A stretch of 64,000 nt of DNA from Paramoeba atlantica (GCA_977017575.1 CDRNVI010000024.1:248001-312000); one strand, 5' to 3'. Counted from the stretch's first letter, positions 9,484 to 19,104 are shown. Notes: generated by a model from the letters alone, not told the origin. Made by a program: numbers and translations.

Positions 9484-10836
9484 TAAACCCCCCGTCACGA
9501 TAAGTGACCATAGGCTAACTTTTGGTATATAAAGCCGTTTTAGCTAATTCTTGTTGCATTTTGCAGATCTCAGGCCCTAATATCTTGGGGTCACACACTT
9601 GGTACAAATTCTGAACACCTACACCTAGGGGGGGTCGCCTACCATTTTTTCACTTTTTCGCCATTTTTCTCAATACAAGCTTTCAGTCGCTTATTGAAGC
9701 TAAGAACCATATGATCCATAACCTCAGTAGGAATCTTGCTCCATGCATTCTTTACGCAATGGATAAGTGATTCGGTATTAGAAGGCAATTGCTCATCAAC
9801 AAGTTCTTACATCATAGACCACACATTCTCTATGGGATTAAGGTCGGGTGAATTGTGGGGCCACGTTTCGATGAAGCTTATTCCTGAATTCAAAAAATAC
9901 TGCTTAGTGGCCTTCGCTGTGTGAGCAGTGGCCCCATCTTGTTGAAAAATACGGTTAGAAGGTAGTGTTACACTTTTGAGCGTTTCTACGTAGGTTTTAC
10001 TATTTATATTCGAAACAGGGAGGATGCGCAAGCATTTCCACCCGACCCCAATCGCTCCCCAAACGTGAAACTTTTGGTGCCCAGCGTACTTTTTGTCTTG
10101 TGGATGGTTTTCCATTTGGACGTACCCACTGATTTCGCCTTGAGTCATTGGTGTCAAATATCTTTTCATCACTAAATATTACTTCTCCAGAGTGGCGCTT
10201 CCCTCTTAGCCATTTTTTACAAAACTTTACCCTTTTAATCATTTGTTTTTCAAATAAGCCTTGAGAAAGAGAACGCGCTTGGTAGTTCCATGCCAATTCT
10301 TTAAGATCCCTTTGCACAGTTCTTCTCCCCATTTTTATTCCTTTCCTGGCAAGTACAGCTACAATACGTCTGGGACTATTGTTCTTTGGTACCCCCCTTG
10401 CATCTGTATCCTGCAAGGCATTCTCAATTTCACATCTTCGTTTTTTCACCTCCGGACTTTCAGATTTCGGGGTGGAAGCCTCATAAGTCACAATTGGTTC
10501 TGCCAAGTAAGATCTCACAATTCGGCGACTAACATTAAATTCTTTTGCTAGTTTTCGCTTAGAAACACCGTCTTCGTGACGCAAACGAAGTATAAGCTTC
10601 CCTGCTTGCGTTAAACCCCCTTTAGGTAGGGAGAGTTTTCTTCTTCTCATAAAAAAACTGTTTTTCAAGAAATCGATATTTTCAATTTTTTTAAAAATTT
10701 AGTTTCTCTAGGACAGAAAATAATAGCGGGAAACTGCAGAACGCGAAATTCTACACGAAACTATGGTATGTATACCCCCATACCCCACTCAACACAGATT
10801 TTAGCCTATGGTCACTTATTCGTGACGGGGGGTTTA
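9484..10836 (-). mobile_element. Tc1/mariner-IS630 element with ~36-bp TIRs and a disrupted transposase
   Basis: TIR TAAACCCCCCGTCACGA(A)TAAGTGACCATAGGCTAA at 9484-9518 and inverted at 10801-10836. Transposase from ATG 10650 has FSDEK, QQDGATAH and SPDLNPIENVW, a 1-bp insertion near 10069 and a premature TAA at 9807-9809. Confidence 0.9.
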
Positions 10837-11176
10837 TTATAGGAACTGTCCCTCGTTTGTACTGAAGCAGGGGAAGCGTTTCACCCCCTTCACCCCTTCC
10901 CGACTCACTCCCCTGGAGCAAGAGTGTTTCCACCTCTCAGCTTTTCTTCTACAATGATTACCTTTCCGAGCAGGCCATGCTTCACGATGGCCTCTCTTGA
11001 GAACCACTCGACGTGTCCGTTGCTACTGGCATTCCCGGCTCTCTGCAGCGACCTGGCGGTCACCCGACTCTGTCGCAGCTCTCTCCACCCGTTTACCACC
11101 AACAAGCCCAAACCCTCTCGTATTCAATCTCCTCGCAAACAAAAGTGCATGGTGAAACCCTCCCCTCTTCACCCTT

Positions 11177-12727
11177 TCACCCCTCCCTCCCCCCTCCCCT
11201 CCCCAGCAACGCCCCCAGTGCCCCCAAATACCCATTATGCCGCGCGAAACACGCCCGTACCCCACTCCCCTCCCCCCAGTACGCCATCCCCTGACTCAGC
11301 CCCTGCCACACCACCACGTTGTTATGCACGAAACCCCCGGTGAAGTACACATTATCGATTTTCTCCAACCGACTGTGTAAATACGCCAGCTGCGTAATGT
11401 TCCCACACACCATCGTGAGCAGACTACGGACGTAGTCCGAGCGTGTGGGGGAGGAACCGGGGGAAGAGCCCGCTACCCCCTCCCCCATCTCCCCCCTCCA
11501 CCTGCTCCCCACAGCAATCTTACCAAAGCTCGAGGCTAAGGTATGGGGTTTTAAATTCCCGGGAAGACTCCAGGGGGATTCATCATGGTTCCTCTTCTTA
11601 TCCTCATGGTTCCTCTTCTTATCCTCATGGTTCCTATTCTTATCCCCATGATTCCTCTTCTTATCCCCATAATTCCTCTTCTTATCCTCAGGGTTCTTCT
11701 TCCCATCCCCACGAGGCCGCTCCCCCCAGCCGTAGATATCCCCGACGGCCAGGTCCACCCTCGCGGGCTCCGCGGGGGCCCGGTCCCCGTCGTTCTGCAG
11801 GTCGAGCTGGTCCCAGGTGCGGGCCCCGGTGAGCAGCTGGCACAGCCCCCAGAACGTGCCGCCCCCGATCGCGGACCCGGAGAGGCGGGCGAAGTCCCCG
11901 TGGGCCGCGGAGGCGCATTTGAGAATGGAGACCCCGGAGCCGATGTGGATGAGGAGGTAGGGCCAGGGGGAGGACGGGGAGGATGAAGAGTACGCTCTAC
12001 CCGAAGAAGAAGAGTACGCTCTACCCGAAGAAGAAGAAGAAGAAGAGTATGCTCTACTCGAAGGAGAGTACGCTCTACTCGAAGAAGAAGAGTACTCCCT
12101 ACTCGAGGAAGAAGAGGAAGAAGAGGAAGCGTTCAAACTTTGAAGGGAAAAGGTTTTGGAGAAGGGGTTTGAATCCACAGGGGACGCCGAGGGGGAAGCC
12201 GGGGGGGAATCTTTAGGGGGGTGATGGGATGTACGCTGTGTTGGGGGGGGTACGGTGTAGTGAAAGATCTCCCCGGGAAAGGTTTTGAGTAAAAAATTAA
12301 GACCGCGGAGGATCGAGTGCATTTCGGGGTGGAGCTGGAGTGTGATGGAGAGGGTGTTGTGGATGAGGGGGGCGTATTTGTAGGCCCCGCCTCCCGTGCC
12401 GGGGATGTGGGAGACGTCGTGGAATTTTTCTTGTACATTGGAGTTCTTGATAAAGGAGATAAACGCGGGCACTTTTTCTACAGGAAATTTAATAAACCGC
12501 AGATAGCCCGTAAAATTTTCGCGTGTGGTAGGAAAGTTCACCAGTTCGGCCGGCACAAAGAAATGAAGTTTCCGCCCAAGTTCAAAGCCAACAGTGGAGA
12601 CATTTTCGGTGGTGCAGTACTCAGGTAGTTTCGGTGCGTTGGGTGGCTGAAAGAATACCATCTTACAACATGAACCACCGATATCGACAGCGCACGGAGC
12701 GCAAAACTTTTCGGAAGAAGTCTCCAC
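11177..12727 (-). CDS. PANK: Type II pantothenate kinase (Fumble family) with low-complexity insertions; non-AUG start
   Basis: Motifs AVDIGGS, GTGGGAYKY, IGSGVSIL, IGGGTFWGL, VGDIYG, ASSFGK, FTGGF, GYLGALGA. Codon 12727-12725 is GTG. Confidence 0.92.
   Translation of the reverse strand: METSSEKFCAPCAVDIGGSCCKMVFFQPPNAPKLPEYCTTENVSTVGFELGRKLHFFVPAELVNFPTTRENFTGYLRFIKFPVEKVPAFISFIKNSNVQEKFHDVSHIPGTGGGAYKYAPLIHNTLSITLQLHPEMHSILRGLNFLLKTFPGEIFHYTVPPPTQRTSHHPPKDSPPASPSASPVDSNPFSKTFSLQSLNASSSSSSSSSREYSSSSSRAYSPSSRAYSSSSSSSGRAYSSSSGRAYSSSSPSSPWPYLLIHIGSGVSILKCASAAHGDFARLSGSAIGGGTFWGLCQLLTGARTWDQLDLQNDGDRAPAEPARVDLAVGDIYGWGERPRGDGKKNPEDKKRNYGDKKRNHGDKNRNHEDKKRNHEDKKRNHDESPWSLPGNLKPHTLASSFGKIAVGSRWRGEMGEGVAGSSPGSSPTRSDYVRSLLTMVCGNITQLAYLHSRLEKIDNVYFTGGFVHNNVVVWQGLSQGMAYWGEGSGVRACFARHNGYLGALGALLGRGGGREG
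11585..11690. repeat. 21-bp coding tandem repeat, about 5 copies, encoding (E/G)DKKRNH
   Basis: Recurring CCTCTTCTTATCC(T/C)CAT unit on the plus strand. Confidence 0.85.
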
Positions 12728-13093
12728 TGAATCAGGTCGCGGAGCACTACCCCTCTACAAGATTCTCAACGCACTACGGCGATAATGATATAGAAAACAA
12801 ACGTAAAATTAACTACTCGAATGGTTTGCGTTCGCTGTTTTTTTAAAGGAAAAGGAAAACTTGTCTATGCAATAAAAGGATCTGTACCTCCTCCACACGT
12901 TACGTACGTATATGTACCCTTGTAGAACCCTTTTATGTTCATTAGCAAACAGGGTAGAACAGTTCAGCACTACTGTTGCAGTGCTACTGTAACATACAAG
13001 TAAAAAACACGGCATACTATTCTTTGCCATGGCAAGTTCTGTACGTTAGAATTATGGTTCTGTTAGGAGGTTCATTAAGATTTATCTCAGTGT

Positions 13094-14233
13094 TTACATT
13101 AGGATTTGTGGTTCTGACACAGATTGCGCCACACATTTATGCGGGAGAATAACACAACCATTCAGGTAAAGCTCATCTTTCACTGTAACATCCGCAGCAA
13201 AGACACACCCAGAAACCAGTCGGCACCATCGTCCTACGTTGTTCTCCCAGCCAATAATGCTGGAAGACACGTAAGAACAATCACCAATGTGAGCGTTTCG
13301 GAAAATTGCAGACGACTCAATACGAACCCCTTTTCCAATGTTACATCCGGCCGCAATGGTAACATAGGGACCTATCACACTGTCCTCACCAATAGATACC
13401 GACGAGTCAATGAAACAAGGCGGAATAATTGTGTAGGGGTCCTTCTGCGAGCTGCGTACTCTGGAAAGAGGCTCACAGTGCTCCGTGATATGCCCCACGT
13501 TTTGAGTCTCATTTTGAACGTAGTCCAGGTACATTTTCATACCACACAAATAGTCCGTTGGCTTCCCAATATCCATCCAAAACCCAGCCAATGGAAATGA
13601 ATACAACCTTCCTTCGCGTGCTATCTCAGGAAACGTTTCTCTCTCTATGGATGTATTTTTAATGGGAATGCGATCTACAACCCCTCCTTGAAGCAAGTAT
13701 ATGCCCGCATTGATTTCATTACCCACGAACTCTGTTGGCTTTTCTACAAACCGCTTAACTTTACCCGACCCCGGTTCATTGACCACAACTCCGTATTGAT
13801 TCCAGTTCTCAACCCGCTTCACTAGAATCGTCGCCTCAGCTTTGCGGTTATAGTGGAAGCTTAGCATTTCTCTTAGTGGAAATTTGCATATCACGTCACT
13901 GTTCAGAACAAAAATGGGCTCCTTGCCGTCAGTACAAAGAAACCCATGAAACTTTGCTAGCGCCAATGGACCTGCCGTACCCATAGGATACTTTTCTACA
14001 GAAAAAATAATTTGCACATTCAGTCGCTCAGACCAGACACCAATCGTCTTCTCAATTTCATCGGATTGGTAGGATAAAGCAAGAATGATCACGGTGACTC
14101 CTGCATCACGTAATGCAATCATTTGGTGAACCAGAATTGGAAGATTGCAAAAAGGTACGAGCGGCTTAGCCAGAGTTAATGTCAAGGGACGTAGTCGAGT
14201 GCCGTACCCTCCAACCAGTATTAATGCTTTCAT
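13094..14233 (-). CDS. GMPPB: Mannose-1-phosphate guanylyltransferase (GDP-mannose pyrophosphorylase)
   Basis: Start reset to MKALILVGGYGTRLRPLTL. Has PMGTAGPL, FVEKP, INAGIY, WMDIGKP and C-terminal hexapeptide repeats. Confidence 0.95.
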   Translation of the reverse strand: MKALILVGGYGTRLRPLTLTLAKPLVPFCNLPILVHQMIALRDAGVTVIILALSYQSDEIEKTIGVWSERLNVQIIFSVEKYPMGTAGPLALAKFHGFLCTDGKEPIFVLNSDVICKFPLREMLSFHYNRKAEATILVKRVENWNQYGVVVNEPGSGKVKRFVEKPTEFVGNEINAGIYLLQGGVVDRIPIKNTSIERETFPEIAREGRLYSFPLAGFWMDIGKPTDYLCGMKMYLDYVQNETQNVGHITEHCEPLSRVRSSQKDPYTIIPPCFIDSSVSIGEDSVIGPYVTIAAGCNIGKGVRIESSAIFRNAHIGDCSYVSSSIIGWENNVGRWCRLVSGCVFAADVTVKDELYLNGCVILPHKCVAQSVSEPQILM

Positions 14234-14494
14234 CCAAAAAAGAACTAGACAAACAACTTTAAAACTAAAAGCAAGAAAAGTAGTACCGTGCATAACACGC
14301 CTTACTTCGGTAACTACGTTTGCGTTGTCTATTATCGCGGTGGTTGTACCCCTCTAGCTTCGAGTCGAGGGCTTTGATTATTGAAAGAAAGTAGCGAACA
14401 TAATGAAAAGCAAAAGAGTAACACGCTACAACTCCCAAAAATAAAACGAAAATAGATTTTGACTGATCTTTTCCCTTTTTTGCCCTTTCTGCGC

Positions 14495-14945
14495 ATAAGA
14501 GAGCGTCCAGATTTCGTCAACACTCTCACCAGGCATGGATATTGGGAGCGCGACTTGAATGGAGGAGCACAACATAGCGGCTATTTGCTCAGTTCAGTGG
14601 AGGAAAAAAAAGCCGCTGTGTAATTCTTCGGAAGTTGGGGGACAAGAAATTGGCAATTGTAGTCGAGGAGGTCACTTGTGCTCTGCAACGGTTCCAAGCT
14701 TTCAGCATCACGTACGACAATGGAACCGAGTTCGCGAAACACGAGCTAGTGAAGACAGCCCCTTCGTTGGGCTGTCAATCATTCTTTTGCAAGCCCTACG
14801 CAAATTGGGAGAAAGGCGGCGTTGAACATTTCAATGGTCTTGTCCGTGATTTCTACTTTAAGCGAACAGTTTTCACCCACATCACGCGAACTGCGCTTGA
14901 TGCGACATCTTCAGCCATCAACGAACGATCTGGAAAGCAGTTCGC
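14495..14945 (+). pseudogene. IS30-family transposase catalytic-domain remnant, frameshifted
   Basis: IRERPDFV..GYWERDL..(frameshift)..RKSRCVILRKL..SITYDNGTEFAKH..FFCKPYANWEKGGVEHFNGLVRDF..INER matches the IS30 DDE core by eye. Confidence 0.8.
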
Positions 14946-15254
14946 CCGTGGAATTGATCGCAATCATCAAGGCTCTCGCCCCCTCGATGTTTCGTCCTTC
15001 TATTCTGATGGACAGCTCTCAGGATTCGCATTAGATTTTTAGAGAAAAAGTGGTACCTCAAAACGGGCCGCAACAAATACAGAAGAGAAGCGGAGTGGGC
15101 ACAACGGATGTGCTCAATCACGAGCGGTGGAAGATTATTCGAAGAGCAACAAGCAAGGATATAACCAGCTGAAACAGCATTTGTAGAATACCAAGGTGAA
15201 AAGGGAATATTTTTGTACCAACTCTTCCGACTGACTGAACACGATTTTTCAGTT

Positions 15255-15700
15255 TGAAAACCGAAAACCCATTCTCGCTTGATTATGAATGCAAAAGATG
15301 TCAGTGTGCTTGCACGGAGACCTCCAGATATTGCATTACCCACGAAGGAACAAATTCATAGGGAAATACTAGGTCTAGCGTGCTACATCACGGCAGATCT
15401 CAGGCACCGGTTTTACCAGTTGCCCATCTTTGATGCTTTTTCTAGAACTATGAATCTGTGGTTGGAGAATTCAGCCTAGGTACCAACCGTTTTGCCGATG
15501 GGACATTCTTGGTCTGCTTCAATTGCACACCGCATGTGTTGGAGTGTCGTTTATTTAAAACGGGATGTAGACAGGTTAAGCCTAGGGGAAAAAACGAACG
15601 CAACCGGATGATCCCAATATAATGCATTTGAAGGATACCAATGGAAGAATCACAGGTCTCATTATAGTATACTACGACAATACACTAGCAATCAGCTATA
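15255..15700 (+). pseudogene. Degenerate reverse transcriptase of DIRS/VIPER/TATE-like retroelements
   Basis: KPKTHSRLIMN..ITADLRHRFYQLPI..*VPTVLPMGHSWS..(frameshift)..IIVYYDN at 15670-15681. RT motifs are in the right order, with a YxDN variant. Confidence 0.6.
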
Positions 15701-15976
15701 AGTCCCCCCCTCGAAATTTGAAAAACTGTTCTGTTTTTTATCATCTTTTTTTTGAACGTGTAGAGAATTTTACATAGGTGCGTTTCCGGCTGTTTAAACT
15801 GGTTTTTCTCGACTCATTGGACACTGTGCAAGTTTACCCTCTGTGGATGGCACAGGATGGCACGAAATGGCACAGGATGGCACGGCGAGTCTAGTTTTAG
15901 GAATCTTCATCCTCCTAAGTAGATCTTTAGAAAACAAAATATAGAATGTAACATGAAGCTATTGCATTGGTGTTTG

Positions 15977-16028
15977 TCTTGCCACTCCGCCACCTCCGCT
16001 CTAGAGCGGAGGTGGCGGAGTGGCAAGA
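15977..16028. repeat. Perfect 52-bp palindrome
   Basis: TCTTGCCACTCCGCCACCTCCGCTCTAGAGCGGAGGTGGCGGAGTGGCAAGA equals its reverse complement. Confidence 0.95.
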
Positions 16029-16380
16029 ATTCAAAGTTTGAAGCACATGGTGCTCAGACGGCGAGTTCAAACCCGCTCATCGCAATATTCCCGGCGGCCT
16101 CACTCTAAGAGGCTGGGCTGATAACCGACTAGGCCCAGTACTCGGAGGACCGTCCCGGACCCTCCCCTCGGGGAACCAGCTCCCTTACCCGGCTTACACC
16201 TCTTGGGTAAGCCGTGTTGACGTACAGTTCGTCGACGCAGTGTGTTGGTAACAGCACGTTGGTGCCGCCTTGGACAAGCGGAAACTGGTAGAGCGGCCTC
16301 GGAACTTCCAAATCTGTCTGTGAAGGGTCTGGCTTGCCAGTGACCATCCGGAGCAATCCGGAATGATTTGGATTTTTTTT
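15978..16380 (+). mobile_element. SINE-like structured insertion (403 bp) with 12-bp TSD, 5' palindrome and 3' T8 tail
   Basis: ATTGGTGTTTGT at 15966-15977 and 16381-16392, with many hairpins inside and a terminal TTTTTTTT. Confidence 0.6.
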
Positions 16381-16496
16381 ATTGGTGTTTGTAAATTGTT
16401 TCTACTGAGTATGAATGGCTTCTTCGTTTATAAGCGCGTTTTAAACTGAGATTTTAAAAATGAGGGTAGTAGGTTTCATTTCTTCAAAACATTGAC

Positions 16497-17288
16497 ATGG
16501 CTGAAAGCGTTCGGGCTGGAGGTGACGTTATCCCTGCTCTGTTCTGCGTTCAATGTGAAAAGGTTACACCGTTCACGCTATGTTCTCCACGACGGTGCTT
16601 GTATTGCGAAACACCGATTCAGAGTAACACTGAATCAAGTGTGGAAGTAGAGCAATGTGCCAACTGCGATTATGCAAACGTGCCGATTCTGGCCAAAATA
16701 TGTCCTCGCTGCTCCTCGTCGAAAGACCTCGAGCAAATGTCACGATCACAGAAAGAAAAACTTGTTTCCTGTGGGACGGATCCAGCCAAAGCGCAATACG
16801 TATGTTGCTTGTACGTTAAGCACACTTTCCTAGGGAGGCGTCTTGTCGCCAAAGACATTGTGCAAATTCTTGTTCAAATAAATGCCTGCTCTCGAAACGA
16901 CGAGTACGAAAAATTTATGCGCTCCGCACGTCTTCTTTCAACTCAATACTTCAAGGTGGCATTACATCCCAAAGACGTACGCCCCACTGGTATACTTCTG
17001 CGGAACATGTGGGCCTCCTACACGCGCTCAAGTATTGATCAACGTAAGGACGAGCGCGACAGACTCTATAAGGTCTTGACAGAGAAGGTTCATTTTGCCA
17101 ACCCGCATGCAAGCACCCGCAAACGCTCCCTCGGAAAGCTGAGCTCCATTGACTACGACGTCGATGATCTGAATCCAGAAGAGACCTGGGAAAAACTTGT
17201 GGAACTCGGAGTAGCTTCGATCAAGGCAAATTTTGTTGTTCAGGTAAAGCGGTCTCGAGAACCGAACCTCGTTGAAATCATTGAATGA
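16497..17288 (+). CDS. Hypothetical protein with four N-terminal CxxC pairs (double zinc ribbon), probably element-borne
   Basis: CVQC, CLYC, CANC, CPRC. On the plus strand, against the host gene orientation, and directly upstream of a transposase. Confidence 0.5.
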   Translation: MAESVRAGGDVIPALFCVQCEKVTPFTLCSPRRCLYCETPIQSNTESSVEVEQCANCDYANVPILAKICPRCSSSKDLEQMSRSQKEKLVSCGTDPAKAQYVCCLYVKHTFLGRRLVAKDIVQILVQINACSRNDEYEKFMRSARLLSTQYFKVALHPKDVRPTGILLRNMWASYTRSSIDQRKDERDRLYKVLTEKVHFANPHASTRKRSLGKLSSIDYDVDDLNPEETWEKLVELGVASIKANFVVQVKRSREPNLVEIIE

Positions 17289-17502
17289 GAAGTGTTTAGT
17301 ATGCAGGCCAAAGTGGCTCATGTAAAGTAAAAGTTCAAGTAAAAGTATTTCGTGCAAGTCAAAGTTAATTGTATTACTCTATTTCTCATACGCAACAAAT
17401 ATACATGTATGATATTAAACTATTAAAGATCAACTACTAACGTTGCAACATTGCTACTTAATGGTATTTAGCAATTTTATCAAATACGACTAGTACGTCT
17501 TA

Positions 17503-18643
17503 ATGTCATCTAACCTTGGGGAGTTGACTGACTGTGGGCTCACACTTGCTTCGTTTCACCATTTAATTTATCAATGCGGTTTCGATCGCGATGTAGTAGA
17601 CGCCTCGTTTACGTGGTTCTACAACGGTGCTAGATGGTCTTCTGCCGCCAAGTTTATGTCAAAAAGGGGTTGGTCGATCCGATCCTGTAAGGATACAATT
17701 CCCAATTTTTTTTATGAACTTTACACAAAGCTGAGTGAGAAATGGCTTCTGAACCCCAGCGACGAGATGTTAAACCATCCGAACAATACAACCTTTGGTT
17801 TCTGGCCGCCGGATGTAAAGGTGTTGATAGACACTGTTCCCATCTACATGTATGTGGATGCAAGACCTGGGTGTTATAACCCAAAGTACCGAGGAACACG
17901 TACTCAAAGCTATGGTAGGGCGCACGTTGACAGGGTACGTTTGTTTTTTTGGGGATGGCTTGTATTGTGGCGCTTCATCTGATTCTGTCATTCAGGATTG
18001 TGGTGTACTTCGCTTTGTTTCTTCTCGCGGAATTAGAGCTTTGGCAGATGGAGGATTTTACGAATGTCAAAGAATCATAACTCCACACGCCAAAACGCAT
18101 ATATGGCCTTCTTTGCAGGCGAACAAGCCTATTTCTGATTACGTTCGCGAAGCAGATGTAAAACTTGCGTACAATGAGTCCTTATCTCATTTTCGCGCTC
18201 GTGTCGAGAATATTTTCAGCCGCTCTTGCACAGGCAGGTGGTTAGCATTCCGAAATTGGACTAAATTTTCAGATTCTCTTTTGTACTATAGTTTTGCATA
18301 TCGTTTGATAATTCATAATCTGGAGGTGTATTTACGTCAAGAGTGGGGAGGTAAATATTCTCCTTTTACACCGGAACGAGTCCGAATTCTAGAATGTAAA
18401 GTAAAGGAGCATAAAGCACAATCTTCCCGCTACTCTAATCCTCTCATGCAAAAAAAGCGAGGTCGTAGTGATGAAGAATTGAAACAAACTAACTTAGACC
18501 GTTTCATTGTTTATGATAAGAATTGTGCGGAAATAACGGCTTCTTCTGATTCTCTTCAACAGACAATCCTCGAGTCAGATCCAATATATGAACTCCCATT
18601 ATTGAACTTCCCATTACCCCTCCCCGGCTCACTCTTTAAGTGA
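17503..18643 (+). mobile_element. PIF/Harbinger-ISL2EU-like (DDE_Tnp_4 type) transposase with one frameshift
   Basis: LIDTVPI..YNPKYRG/HVLKAMVG..LADGGF..YNESLSHFRARVENIF. Removing one A at about 17895 joins ORFs 17503 and 17852. Confidence 0.7.
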
Positions 18644-18652
18644 GCTTTTTTC

Positions 18653-18830
18653 CCTTGAGACTTCCCCTTGAGTACCGCTGTGCGTGACTCTGCCTCGTGT
18701 TATCGTTCCAAATGCCCCTTGGTGCGACATCCGTTGTGGGCGGATCATGTGCCGATGATATCGACCGTCGCATTAAGGGGAATATCTCTGCGCCAATGAG
18801 CGTATGATAAACAAGGTCCACCCGTGAGGG
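18653..18830 (-). pseudogene. pogo-like (DDE_1) transposase remnant
   Basis: DIPLNATVDIIGT*..TKGH..AVLKGK. A 53-bp stretch (18653-18705) is shared with 40642-40694. Confidence 0.45.
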
Positions 18831-19104
18831 TGTTCATGCATATATTGGATTTGCACAAATTTTCCACGATTGCTGGCCTGATTATAGGTGTCGTTGAGAT
18901 CTTTGTAGGAGGCATTGACCGGGATTGCGGATGACCGAGAAGATTAGTTGATATATTGTGTGATGTGTTAGGATGGGTGCAGATTTAAATTGCGGTGCCG
19001 CAGATTTTCAGACGTTAATGAACATGCCATCCTGCCTATTTATCGGTGGAGTCCGATTTTGCGAGTCAGACTGCCTGGTGACAGAGTTATTGTAACGCAA
19101 ATAA

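Noticed and set aside
14918-15343. 141-aa minus-strand ORF
   Set aside because: Overlaps the plus-strand IS30 and RT relics and has no motifs of its own.
16040-16380. Possible 7SL RNA, hammerhead or HDV-like ribozyme, or tRNA-Sec
   Set aside because: I could not find the SRP helix-8 motif, a CUGAnGA/GAAA core, a nested HDV pseudoknot or a full cloverleaf by eye. Left as an unknown structured element.
18653-18705. 53-bp dispersed repeat (also 40642-40694) as a candidate ncRNA
   Set aside because: On the minus strand both copies encode the pogo xVLKGK motif, so they are transposase relics.
18934-18947. U6-like ACCGAGAAGATTAG
   Set aside because: The ACAGAG box is mismatched and the downstream U6 internal stem-loop sequence is absent.
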